Source: Candidatus Limnocylindria bacterium
GTDB taxonomy: Bacteria; Chloroflexota; Limnocylindria; QHBO01
Assembly: GCA_036258775.1 (NCBI GenBank)
Contig: DATADA010000183.1
Coordinates: 1 to 27,074, forward strand
Direction of reading: 5' to 3'
DNA: 27,074 nucleotides
Under the pieces are notes generated by a model. It was not told the DNA's origin and did not search any database. It saw only the letters and a list, made by a program, of their open reading frames with translations. Of the stretch, positions 7,296 through 14,728 are shown piece by piece; position 1 is the stretch's first letter; every line of letters starts with the position of its first letter. A program made the translations under genes and the position numbers.

Positions 7296-7871
7296 ATGGG
7301 CCGCCAGCACGATCCGAACCGGAGCGCGGCGGTCGTCACCGCCGAGGCCCGCTCCGGCGGCGCGACGTTCGAGGCGATCTACGACCGCCACGCGGTGGGG
7401 ATCTACCGCTTCATCTACGCGCGCGTCGGGAACCGGCCGGACGCGGAGGACCTGACCGCGCAGGTGTTCATGCGCGCCGTCGAGCAGCTCGACACCGCGC
7501 GCGACGCCGGACAGATCGCCGCCTGGCTCTACCGCGTCGCACAGAACGCGATCGCCGACTACTGGCGGGCGTTCTACCGCATCCCGATGGTGGCCGCCGA
7601 CGACTGGGCGCCGCGCTGGGACCCGGCCGACACCGGCAGCCAGCAGGCGCCCGCCTCGCCGGACGGCGACCACGCCACGCGGCGCGTGGAGGCGCTGCTG
7701 CGCCGCCTGCCCGACCACTATCGGCGCGTCCTCGAGCTGCGGTTCCTGCAGCGGCTGTCCGTCGCCGAGACGGCGTCGCGGATGGGCATCAGCCCGGGCA
7801 ACGCCAAGGTGCTGCAGTACCGCGCCCTGCGCAAGGCGGCGCTGCTCGCCGAGGGTGCGGCCGATGGCTGA
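7296..7871 (+). CDS. ECF-type RNA polymerase sigma-70 factor (BldN-like sequence features)
   Basis: 191 aa. Sigma2: FEAIYDRH...AEDLTAQVFMRA...AWLYRVAQNAIADYWR. Sigma4: LPDHYRRVLELRF...LSVAETASRMGISPGNAKVLQYRALRK. Confidence 0.93.
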   Translation: MGRQHDPNRSAAVVTAEARSGGATFEAIYDRHAVGIYRFIYARVGNRPDAEDLTAQVFMRAVEQLDTARDAGQIAAWLYRVAQNAIADYWRAFYRIPMVAADDWAPRWDPADTGSQQAPASPDGDHATRRVEALLRRLPDHYRRVLELRFLQRLSVAETASRMGISPGNAKVLQYRALRKAALLAEGAADG

Positions 7872-8712
7872 GCGGCACGAGCTCGACGCTGCCGAGCGGC
7901 TCGAGCGCTACCTCGATCCGCTCATCGCCGGCGGCCGGCCGGCGCCCGAGGACACTCCCGACCCGGCCGACGCGGATGTCGCGCGGCTGGCCGCCGAGCT
8001 GTCCGCCGCCACGGATCCGTCACGGGGAGAGCCGGACGATGCGTTCCTCGAGCAGCTGCGCCGCCGCATGCGCCAGGCCGACGAGGGGATCGCGGCCGTC
8101 GTTGTGCCGCCGCCGATCCGCGCCGAGGCGGCGGCCCGCCACGAGGCGACCGCCCCGCAGACGCCCGGGGCGCCGTCGCCCGCCGGGAGCAGGCGCTGGT
8201 CGATCAGCCGGCGCCAGCTGCTCCAGGCGGGGCTCGGCGCCGCGGCCGGGCTCGCCGCCGGCGCCCTCGGTGCGTCGGCGATCCGCCCGCCGGACGCCAG
8301 CGACGAGACGGGCGGCTGGGAGAGCGAAGGCGGGCTCGTCGCCGGCGAGGGCTTCTGGGCGGAGATCGCGACGGTCGAGCAGGTGCCGCCCGGCAGCGCC
8401 GTCCGCTTCGAGACCGCCGCCTTCTCCGGGTTCGTCGTGAACGACGGCGGCGAGATCCGCGCGCTCTCGAGCGTGTGCCCGCACATGGGCTGCACGCTTC
8501 ACTTCCGTCCCGACTGGCACGACCTGCGCTGTCCGTGCCACGGCGCCAGCTTCGACCTGGAGGGACGGCTGGCGAACGGACGGCGCCGCTGGCGCGAGCG
8601 CGGCGAGTACCCCGGCGATGCTCGCGCCTACCCCGTGGAGCTGCCCCCGCTGGTCCGCCCGCGAACGCGGGTGGAGGACGGCCGGGTCTACGTCTGGACC
8701 GCGCAGGCCTGA
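7864..8712 (+). CDS. Putative anti-sigma factor fused to a twin-arginine segment and a Rieske [2Fe-2S] domain
   Basis: ATG 7864 overlaps the sigma gene by 8 nt. Helical N-terminus (ERLERYLD...EPDDAFLEQLRRRM), SRRQLL at residues 115-120 followed by a Gly/Ala-rich h-region, then Rieske boxes CPHMGC and CPCHG. The Rieske call is firm; the anti-sigma call is inferred. Confidence 0.8.
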   Translation: MAERHELDAAERLERYLDPLIAGGRPAPEDTPDPADADVARLAAELSAATDPSRGEPDDAFLEQLRRRMRQADEGIAAVVVPPPIRAEAAARHEATAPQTPGAPSPAGSRRWSISRRQLLQAGLGAAAGLAAGALGASAIRPPDASDETGGWESEGGLVAGEGFWAEIATVEQVPPGSAVRFETAAFSGFVVNDGGEIRALSSVCPHMGCTLHFRPDWHDLRCPCHGASFDLEGRLANGRRRWRERGEYPGDARAYPVELPPLVRPRTRVEDGRVYVWTAQA

Positions 8713-8757
8713 TCCCGGCGATCAGCACGGGATCGTGGCCGGCGCCGTGGCGCGATT

Positions 8758-9000
8758 TCAGCCCGCGAGCACGTCGACCACGTAGGCGATCAGGTACGGG
8801 ATGGAGAGCACCACGATGAGTACCGCCAGCGCGATGCCGACGTACAGGAACCAGCGCATGTCGGGCGTGCCGGGCCTGATCGGCGGGGGCGTGAGCCGCT
8901 TCGCCAGGCGCGACGGGCGCCGTGGCCGCCGGTGCTCGTAGCGGTTCGGGCGTGACGGATCCGGCAGTCGCAGGCGCGGCAGGCCGCGCTTCTCGGTCAC
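8758..9000 (-). CDS. Small hypothetical membrane protein (Pro/Arg-rich N-terminus, C-terminal TM helix)
   Basis: 80 aa. GTG 7 nt after the upstream stop, with GAGG before it. Hydrophobic WFLYVGIALAVLIVVLSIPYLIAYVV. Confidence 0.55.
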   Translation of the reverse strand: MTEKRGLPRLRLPDPSRPNRYEHRRPRRPSRLAKRLTPPPIRPGTPDMRWFLYVGIALAVLIVVLSIPYLIAYVVDVLAG

Positions 9001-9007
9001 CGGTGCC

Positions 9008-10015
9008 TCATCGGTAGACGTCCGGATTCACGCAGTTCGGAAGCCGATCGCCGCGCAGTCCGGCGAGGAGGTTCTCGGCGGCCATGGCGGCCATGCGGCC
9101 GCGGGTCCCGCGCGAGGCCGAGGCGATGTGGGGCACGACGAGGCAGCTCGGCATCCCGATCAGCGGATGGTCTGCGGGCAGCGGTTCGGGGTCGGTGACG
9201 TCGAGGGCGGCGGCGAAGATGCGGCCGTCACGCAGCGCCTCGACGAGCGCATCGGTGTCGACGACCGGTCCGCGGCTGGTGTTGACGAGCACGGCGCTCG
9301 GCCTCATGCGTGCCAGCGCGTCGGCGTCGATCAGGTGCCGGGTCTCGGCGCTCAGGTTGACGTGGAGCGTCACGAAGTCCGACTCCGCCAGCAGCTCGGC
9401 GAGCTCCACGCGACGGGCGCCGCCGAGCGCCTCCTCCTCCTCGGGCGATGCGGCCTGCACGTCGTGGTAGAGGATCCGCATGCCGAAGCCGGCCCCCCGG
9501 CGCGCCATCTCGCGGCCGATCCGCCCGAAGCCGACGATGCCCAGGGTCGCGCCGTGGACATCGACCCCGAGCAGGAGCATCGGGCCCCAGGTCCGCCATC
9601 GGCCGTCGCGCACGTAGTCGACCGCCTCCGGCAGACGCCGGGCGGCGGCCATGAGCAGCGCCCAGGCGAGATCGGCGGTGGTCTCGGTGAGCACGCCGGG
9701 CGTGTTGCCGGCCGGGATGCCGCGCGCCGTGAGTTCCGGGACGTCGAGGTTGTCGAAGCCGACGGCGTAGTTGCTCACCACCCGCAGCCCGGGACCCGCG
9801 GCGTCGAGCAGCTCGGCGTCGACGCGGTCGGTCAGCAGCGACAGCAGCGCGTCGACCCCGCGCACGCGTCGCAGCAGCTCCTCGCGCGGCGGCGGCAGCT
9901 CGTCGGCCCACAGGTCGACGTCGCACGCGGCCCGGAGCGGGTCCAGTCCCTCGTCCGGGATCACGCGCGCCACGAACACGCGCGGCCGGCCGGAGGGCGC
10001 GGCACCCGCGTTCAT
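9008..10015 (-). CDS. D-2-hydroxyacid dehydrogenase (glyoxylate reductase / D-glycerate dehydrogenase family)
   Basis: Start ATG 10015. [22 protein letters not shown], Rossmann [30 protein letters not shown]. Confidence 0.93.
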   Translation of the reverse strand: MNAGAAPSGRPRVFVARVIPDEGLDPLRAACDVDLWADELPPPREELLRRVRGVDALLSLLTDRVDAELLDAAGPGLRVVSNYAVGFDNLDVPELTARGIPAGNTPGVLTETTADLAWALLMAAARRLPEAVDYVRDGRWRTWGPMLLLGVDVHGATLGIVGFGRIGREMARRGAGFGMRILYHDVQAASPEEEEALGGARRVELAELLAESDFVTLHVNLSAETRHLIDADALARMRPSAVLVNTSRGPVVDTDALVEALRDGRIFAAALDVTDPEPLPADHPLIGMPSCLVVPHIASASRGTRGRMAAMAAENLLAGLRGDRLPNCVNPDVYR

Positions 10016-10046
10016 GCGGGCCCGGGGCGAGCCGCGCCGCGGCCGC

Positions 10047-11252
10047 TCACCGGGCCGATCCGGCCGTGACGAGCTCGCCCGTCCGCTCCAGCCTGGCCAG
10101 CGAGGTGGCCATCCGCTCGATCGCCAGCGACAGGTTCTGGCGCGAGTTCGCGTAGGAGAGGCGCACGTACCCCTCGCCGTGGCGTCCGAAGGCCGTGCCG
10201 GCCAAGACGCAGACTCCAGCGTCGTAGAGCAGGTGATCGGCCAGCTCTGCGCTCGAGCGGCCGAAGCTGGACACGTTCGGGAAGGCGTAGAAGGCACCGC
10301 GCGGCTTGACGCAGCCGACCCCGGGGATCGCGTTCAGACCGTCGACCACGAGCGCGCGGCGCGCGACGAACTCCTCGCGCATCCGATCCGCGTCGTCCTG
10401 CGGGCCGGTGAGCGCCTCGACCGCGCCGGCCTGCGCGAACGCGTTCGTGCAGGAGACGCTGTTGATGACGAGGCGGCTGAAGGCGGTCGCAAGCCACTCG
10501 GGCACGATCCCGTAGCCCAGGCGCCAGCCGGTCATCGCGTAGGTCTTGCTGAACCCGTCGAGGGTGATCGTCCGCTCCGCCATCCCGGGCAGCGTGGCGA
10601 TGCTGACCGGCTCGCCGTCGTACTGCAGCCGCGTGTAGATCTCGTCGGCGAGGACGACGAGGTCGTGCTCGACCGCGATGCGGGCGATCGCCTCGACATC
10701 GGCGGCGGTCAGGACCGAGCCGCACGGGTTGTGCGGCGAGTTGATCACGATCATGCGGGTGCGGCGGGTCACGAGCCGCTCGACCTCGTCGACGTCCATG
10801 CGGAAGTCGTTCTCCTCCCGCAGCGGCGCCGCCACGGGGCGGCCGCCGACGAAGGCGACCATGCTCTCGTAGATCGGGAAGCCGGGGTTGGGGTAGATGA
10901 CCTCGTCCCCCTCGCCGACCACCGCCAGCATGGCGTAGAACATGATCGGCTTGGCTCCGGGCGTGACGACGACCTGTTCAGGCGTGGCATCGATTCCCTT
11001 GCGCGCCCGGACCTCGGTGCAGATCGCTCGGCGCAGCGGCTCGATGCCGGTCGGTGACGTGTAGTGCGTCAGGCCCTCGTCCAGCAGGGCGCGGGACGCG
11101 GCCTCGCTGATGTGCCTGGGCGTATCGAAGTCGGGCTCGCCGATCTCGAGGTGGATCACGTGGCGACCGCTCGCCTCGAGCGCCCGTGCCCGGGCCGCCG
11201 CCTCGAAGGCGGTCTCGGTCCCGATGCGGGCCATGCGTTCGGCAAGTCTCAC
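10047..11252 (-). CDS. PLP-dependent aminotransferase class I/II (aspartate aminotransferase-like)
   Basis: 401 aa. [41 protein letters not shown] (PLP lysine), YVRLSYA. Confidence 0.95.
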   Translation of the reverse strand: MRLAERMARIGTETAFEAAARARALEASGRHVIHLEIGEPDFDTPRHISEAASRALLDEGLTHYTSPTGIEPLRRAICTEVRARKGIDATPEQVVVTPGAKPIMFYAMLAVVGEGDEVIYPNPGFPIYESMVAFVGGRPVAAPLREENDFRMDVDEVERLVTRRTRMIVINSPHNPCGSVLTAADVEAIARIAVEHDLVVLADEIYTRLQYDGEPVSIATLPGMAERTITLDGFSKTYAMTGWRLGYGIVPEWLATAFSRLVINSVSCTNAFAQAGAVEALTGPQDDADRMREEFVARRALVVDGLNAIPGVGCVKPRGAFYAFPNVSSFGRSSAELADHLLYDAGVCVLAGTAFGRHGEGYVRLSYANSRQNLSLAIERMATSLARLERTGELVTAGSAR

Positions 11253-11309
11253 GTCTCGCGTGCCTCGTCTGCTGCTCGCGTGGGGTGCTGGGCGTGCTGC
11301 TCGGGGCCG

Positions 11310-11346
11310 CCGGAGGCGCCGCTTCGGCCTCCGGACACGAAGTGTA
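11310..11346 (-). promoter_or_regulatory. -10 element TACACT plus a 5'-leader hairpin upstream of the aminotransferase
   Basis: TACACT on the minus strand at 11346-11341. 8-bp stem CCGGAGGC/GCCTCCGG at 11310-11334 begins at the predicted transcription start. Confidence 0.4.
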
Positions 11347-11382
11347 CCGGCGGAGCGCCCACGGGGCGCGTGTGCATGCCCT

Positions 11383-11391
11383 TGCTATACT
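11383..11391 (+). promoter_or_regulatory. Extended -10 promoter of the IscA-family gene
   Basis: TGcTATACT, 43 nt upstream of ATG 11435. GGAGAG follows as the RBS. Confidence 0.65.
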
Positions 11392-11434
11392 TTCCGAAGC
11401 GCAACCTCACTCCCACTCTGGAGAGCGATCACGC

Positions 11435-11851
11435 ATGACGATGGAACACACCCAGCAGCCCGCGGTGCAGCCGGTGCCCGCGAGCGATGAGTCCCTCGTG
11501 ACGGTCACCGACGCCGCCGCCCGCAAGGTGGTCGAGCTTCGCAGCCGCGAGGGCAAGGAGGAGGCACGCCTGCGGCTCTTCGTGAAGAGCGGCGGCTGCT
11601 CCGGGTTCAGCTACGGGCTCGCCTTCGACGAGAAGCTCAACGACGGTGATCGGGTCGAGGATCACGCCGGCGTGCCGGTCGTGATCGACTCGTTCAGCGC
11701 CCAGTACGTCGACGGGGCGGAGATCGACTACGTCGACTCGCTGATGGGCTCGGGCTTCGCCATCAACAACCCCAACGCGGTCAGCTCCTGCGCGTGTGGG
11801 TCGTCCTTCAACACCGACGGCTCCCCCGCCCGCGCCGGCGGCTGCCACTGA
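11435..11851 (+). CDS. iscA: A-type Fe-S cluster carrier protein (IscA/ErpA/HesB family)
   Basis: VTDAAARKV, SGGCSGFSY, GSGFAINNPNAVSSCACGSSF: the three conserved Cys. 138 aa. Subfamily (IscA, ErpA or SufA) cannot be resolved. Confidence 0.93.
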   Translation: MTMEHTQQPAVQPVPASDESLVTVTDAAARKVVELRSREGKEEARLRLFVKSGGCSGFSYGLAFDEKLNDGDRVEDHAGVPVVIDSFSAQYVDGAEIDYVDSLMGSGFAINNPNAVSSCACGSSFNTDGSPARAGGCH

Positions 11852-11891
11852 GCCTCACCGGGCAGCAGCGCCCGGCACCTGCTCCCATGCG

Positions 11892-11915
11892 AAGGCCCCG
11901 CTCCGGCGGGGCCTT
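11892..11915. terminator. Intrinsic terminator-like hairpin between convergent genes
   Basis: Perfect 10-bp stem AAGGCCCCGC-tccg-GCGGGGCCTT followed by a short T tract. Confidence 0.7.
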
Positions 11916-11954
11916 TCGCTTCCCGGCTGACGGCCGGCTCGCGCGGGGCCCCGC

Positions 11955-12341
11955 TCAGCGCTGTGCGGACACGAACGCGGTGAGGGTCGCGAGCACCGCG
12001 ACGCACGTCACCGGGAGGAGCGTCGCCAGCCCGAAGCTCACCAGCCCGACGCCGACGAGCGGGACCGTCGCCGCGAGCATCAGCCAGCGGCCCGATGCCC
12101 GGCCAGAAGCGACGAGGATCGAGCCGAGACCGACCGCGAAGTACGCGATCGCGACCCCGAACACCGCTGGCGGAACACCGTGCGCCTCCATCATGGACCG
12201 AGTGCCGCACTCCAGCGGCGCATCCAGCCGGCCCTCGCAGTAGGCGTATGTCGGACCGAGGACGAGGTACGACACCAGCCCGCAGCCGAGGACCGCGCTG
12301 CCGACGCCGAGGAGCGAGGTGAAGCGTCGACCGCGCGCCAC
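11955..12341 (-). CDS. Hypothetical membrane protein (about 3-4 TM)
   Basis: 128 aa. Strong GGAGGAG RBS before the GTG. Hydrophobic stretches; Cys pair in the first loop (YCEGRLDAPLECG). Confidence 0.7.
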   Translation of the reverse strand: MARGRRFTSLLGVGSAVLGCGLVSYLVLGPTYAYCEGRLDAPLECGTRSMMEAHGVPPAVFGVAIAYFAVGLGSILVASGRASGRWLMLAATVPLVGVGLVSFGLATLLPVTCVAVLATLTAFVSAQR

Positions 12342-12357
12342 TGCTCCTCCGCCAACG

Positions 12358-12366
12358 TGCTATCTT
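12358..12366 (+). promoter_or_regulatory. Extended -10 element for the GbsR-like gene
   Basis: TGcTATCTT, about 47 nt upstream of TTG 12414. Confidence 0.45.
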
Positions 12367-12375
12367 CGGTGAGCA

Positions 12376-12405
12376 AGTATCGACCGCATAACCTGCTACT
12401 GTCAA
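12376..12405 (-). promoter_or_regulatory. Sigma70-type promoter for the 128-aa membrane protein
   Basis: Minus strand reads TTGACA-N18-GATACT. Confidence 0.55.
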
Positions 12406-12413
12406 GGGACACG

Positions 12414-13181
12414 TTGACGCTGAGAGACGCAGCGGCGCCCGTCGGCGCCCCAGCCCCTGAAGTCGAGACCTCGGAGGCGGAACGGATCCGGCGCGAGTTC
12501 GCCCGGGCCTGGGGCGAGATCGGGGCGGCATGGGGAGTCGCGCCGTCGACCGCGGCGGTCCAGGGATACTTCCTGGCCCACGGCGGCCCCCTGACCGAGC
12601 CGGAGATCCGCCGGGCGCTCGGCATGAGCCATCGCGCCGCCAGCGCCGCGCTCGCCCAGTGCGAGGAGTGGGGGCTGATCGAGCGGGCGCCGGACGCCCG
12701 CCGCAGCGGTCAGCGCGGCCCGGCGGCGGCGGCGTACCGCGCGGTCGGCGACCACTGGACGTGGTTCCGACACGTCACCCGGGCTCGCAAGGAGCGCGAG
12801 ACCGACCCCGTGCTGCCGGTCCTCGACCGATGCGTCAGCGCGGCCTCCGCCGCGGCGCAGGCCGGAGACGCCGGCGCCGAGGTGGCGGAGCTGGCCTCGC
12901 GGCTCGGGGCGCTTCGCGAGTTCGTGCGGCTCTTCGACCACGGCGTCGACGCGTTCATCACGGCACGCCCGCAGGCCACGGCGTCACTCTTCGCCGTGGT
13001 GGGGCGGCTCGACGAAGGGACGCTGAACCGCCTCTTCGCCCTCCTCGACCGCGTTCCGCCCGACGACGCGGCCGAGGCGCTCCGCACGCTGAGCCGGCTC
13101 TCGCCCGACGCGGCCCAACGGCTGGTGCGGCTCGCCGGCCAGCCCATGCTGGCGCGGCTGTTGGGCGGAACCGGGGGCTGA
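12414..13181 (+). CDS. GbsR/MarR-family transcriptional regulator with C-terminal helical extension
   Basis: Probable TTG start at 12414 after AAGGGA. EFARAWGEIGAAWGV...VQGYFLAHGGPLTEPEIRRALGMS...EEWGLIER...WTWF matches the GbsR-type wHTH pattern. Start codon uncertain. Confidence 0.8.
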   Translation: MTLRDAAAPVGAPAPEVETSEAERIRREFARAWGEIGAAWGVAPSTAAVQGYFLAHGGPLTEPEIRRALGMSHRAASAALAQCEEWGLIERAPDARRSGQRGPAAAAYRAVGDHWTWFRHVTRARKERETDPVLPVLDRCVSAASAAAQAGDAGAEVAELASRLGALREFVRLFDHGVDAFITARPQATASLFAVVGRLDEGTLNRLFALLDRVPPDDAAEALRTLSRLSPDAAQRLVRLAGQPMLARLLGGTGG

Positions 13182-13205
13182 CCCACGGGCCTGCCGCGCT
13201 ACTCG

Positions 13206-13249
13206 CCGCCGGCGCGACTCGCCGGCGGTGCTAGTCGCCGGCGGTGCTA
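13206..13249. repeat. GC hairpin and 15-bp tandem duplication between convergent genes
   Basis: Stem CCGCCGGCG/CGCCGGCGG at 13206-13214 and 13220-13228. TCGCCGGCGGTGCTA at 13219-13233 and 13235-13249. Confidence 0.6.
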
Positions 13250-14689
13250 CTCACCGGTCTCGTCGTCCTCGAAGAAGGAGGCTCCGGCCGCGACGGCCCG
13301 GCGCTCCCCACCTCCCAGCACCGCCGGGAGCGGGCGTGGCAGCGGCACCGGGGTGAGGTGGCGCGAAACGAGCTCGCGGGTGCCGGCGATGCCGAGGGCG
13401 TCGAACAGCACGCCGAACTTTGCCCGCAGCGCGTCGGCGATGCCTTCCTGCCGGTCCCCGGACAGCTCCCACAGTTGACGCTTGAACGGGCCGAGCGCCT
13501 TCTTGCGCGTCTTGTAGAGGAACTGCTCGTCGGTCTCCCCCTCCTTGCGCTCGTCGGCGGCACTCGTTCGGCTCCACTCCATCATCTCGCCGCGCAAATC
13601 GCCGGGGAGCGCGTCGTAGAGGATGTTCATGAACCCGGTCGCCAGGTGGATCTCCGCGCAGCCGTTGGCCGGGAAGTGGTGGAACGCCTCCTCGGGCAGC
13701 GTCGAGGCGCCGTGCTGGACGCATCCCGCCAAGCCGTACTCGTCGCGCGCCACGGCCGACAGCCGGCGCAGCGTGTCGAAGTCGATCGAGACCTCGGCGA
13801 TCGTGCCGTCCGGCAGCGGGACGCCGCCGTGGCTCGTGCCGGTCTGGATGCTGACCTTGCTGAGCCCGGTAAGATCCCCGATCCGCGCCCGGTACTGGTC
13901 GAGGTAGCCGCGCAGCTCCTCCTCGGTGGAGTTGTGCTTGCCCACCTCTCCGATCTCGCCGCCGATGCTGATCGTCACGCCCGCGGGCTGGAGCTCGCGG
14001 ATGAGCCGCGTGATCTCGGCGCTGTTCTCGGCATTGACGCGCTGCTGCTCCGGGACGGTGGGACGCGACAGGTCGACGAGGGTCGACGAGTCGATGTCGA
14101 TGTTCAGGAAGCCGGCCGCGACCGCCTCGCGAGTCAGGTCCTTGATGCCGTTCATCTCGGCCTCCGGGTCGACCGGCCACTTCTTGGGATTGAACTGGAA
14201 GTGGTCGCCCTGCAGGAAGACCGGCCCGCGCCAGCCCTCGCGCAGGGCCGCCCCGAGGATCACGGCGGCGTACTCGTCGGCGCGCTGGTCGGTGTAGGCC
14301 ATCTCGCTCTTGGCGATCTCGAACACCACCGTGCCGGCGTCGCGCTCGAGCGCCGCGCGGAACGCCTGTCGCGCGGTCAGGTACGCCGACGCTCGCACGT
14401 TGATCGCCGGCACCGTGAAGCGCGTCGGCTCGAACTCGCCGCGACCCCGGGCCAGGTACAGGTCGTGGATCGACGCCGACGGGCAGCCCAGTGCCTGCGA
14501 GGCCGACCAGATCGCCCAGCGGCATGCGTCGCGCATCGGCGCCTCGGCGTGGAAGACGGCGTCCCACACCAGGTCGTCGAGCAGCTGATCGCGGAAGCCG
14601 ATCTCGTCGTCGACCTCGAGGCTGTCCCCGCCGAGCCGCCCGACCCGCGACAGGCGCGAACGGAAGTCGTCGGCGGACGCGAACGTCAT
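13247..14689 (-). CDS. fba: Class II fructose-bisphosphate aldolase family protein (long form)
   Basis: 480 aa. VPAINVR, QGDHFQ, GGEIGEVG, QTGTSHGG and VQHGAS provide the Asp/His metal ligands of class II aldolases. Substrate not certain. Confidence 0.8.
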   Translation of the reverse strand: MTFASADDFRSRLSRVGRLGGDSLEVDDEIGFRDQLLDDLVWDAVFHAEAPMRDACRWAIWSASQALGCPSASIHDLYLARGRGEFEPTRFTVPAINVRASAYLTARQAFRAALERDAGTVVFEIAKSEMAYTDQRADEYAAVILGAALREGWRGPVFLQGDHFQFNPKKWPVDPEAEMNGIKDLTREAVAAGFLNIDIDSSTLVDLSRPTVPEQQRVNAENSAEITRLIRELQPAGVTISIGGEIGEVGKHNSTEEELRGYLDQYRARIGDLTGLSKVSIQTGTSHGGVPLPDGTIAEVSIDFDTLRRLSAVARDEYGLAGCVQHGASTLPEEAFHHFPANGCAEIHLATGFMNILYDALPGDLRGEMMEWSRTSAADERKEGETDEQFLYKTRKKALGPFKRQLWELSGDRQEGIADALRAKFGVLFDALGIAGTRELVSRHLTPVPLPRPLPAVLGGGERRAVAAGASFFEDDETGE

Positions 14690-14722
14690 GTCGGCAGGGA
14701 GCCTCGCTGTGGCGGTGACCGC

Positions 14723-14728
14723 ATCCTA
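14723..14728 (-). promoter_or_regulatory. Possible internal -10 (TAGGAT) for the aldolase gene
   Basis: TAGGAT overlaps the TAG stop of the upstream gene and ends 33 nt before ATG 14689. Confidence 0.35.

Noticed and set aside
7269-7296. CGTAAC as the -35 of an autoregulatory ECF promoter
   Set aside because: With normal spacing the -10 would abut the ATG and put the TSS inside the ORF, and no downstream alternative start exists. Kept only as part of the repeat observation.
8709-8725. CTGATC-N5-GATCAG hairpin after the Rieske/anti-sigma stop
   Set aside because: Only a 6-bp stem with no U tract; too weak to call a terminator.
11253-11434. Largest intergenic gap as a possible riboswitch or sRNA
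   Set aside because: It is explained by two divergent -10 elements and leaders. I recognised no riboswitch or ncRNA consensus; an Rfam scan would settle it.
11822-11851. Extra C-terminal Cys-His tail (AGGCH) on the IscA-family protein
   Set aside because: Short Cys-containing tails are common in A-type carriers; no evidence of novelty.
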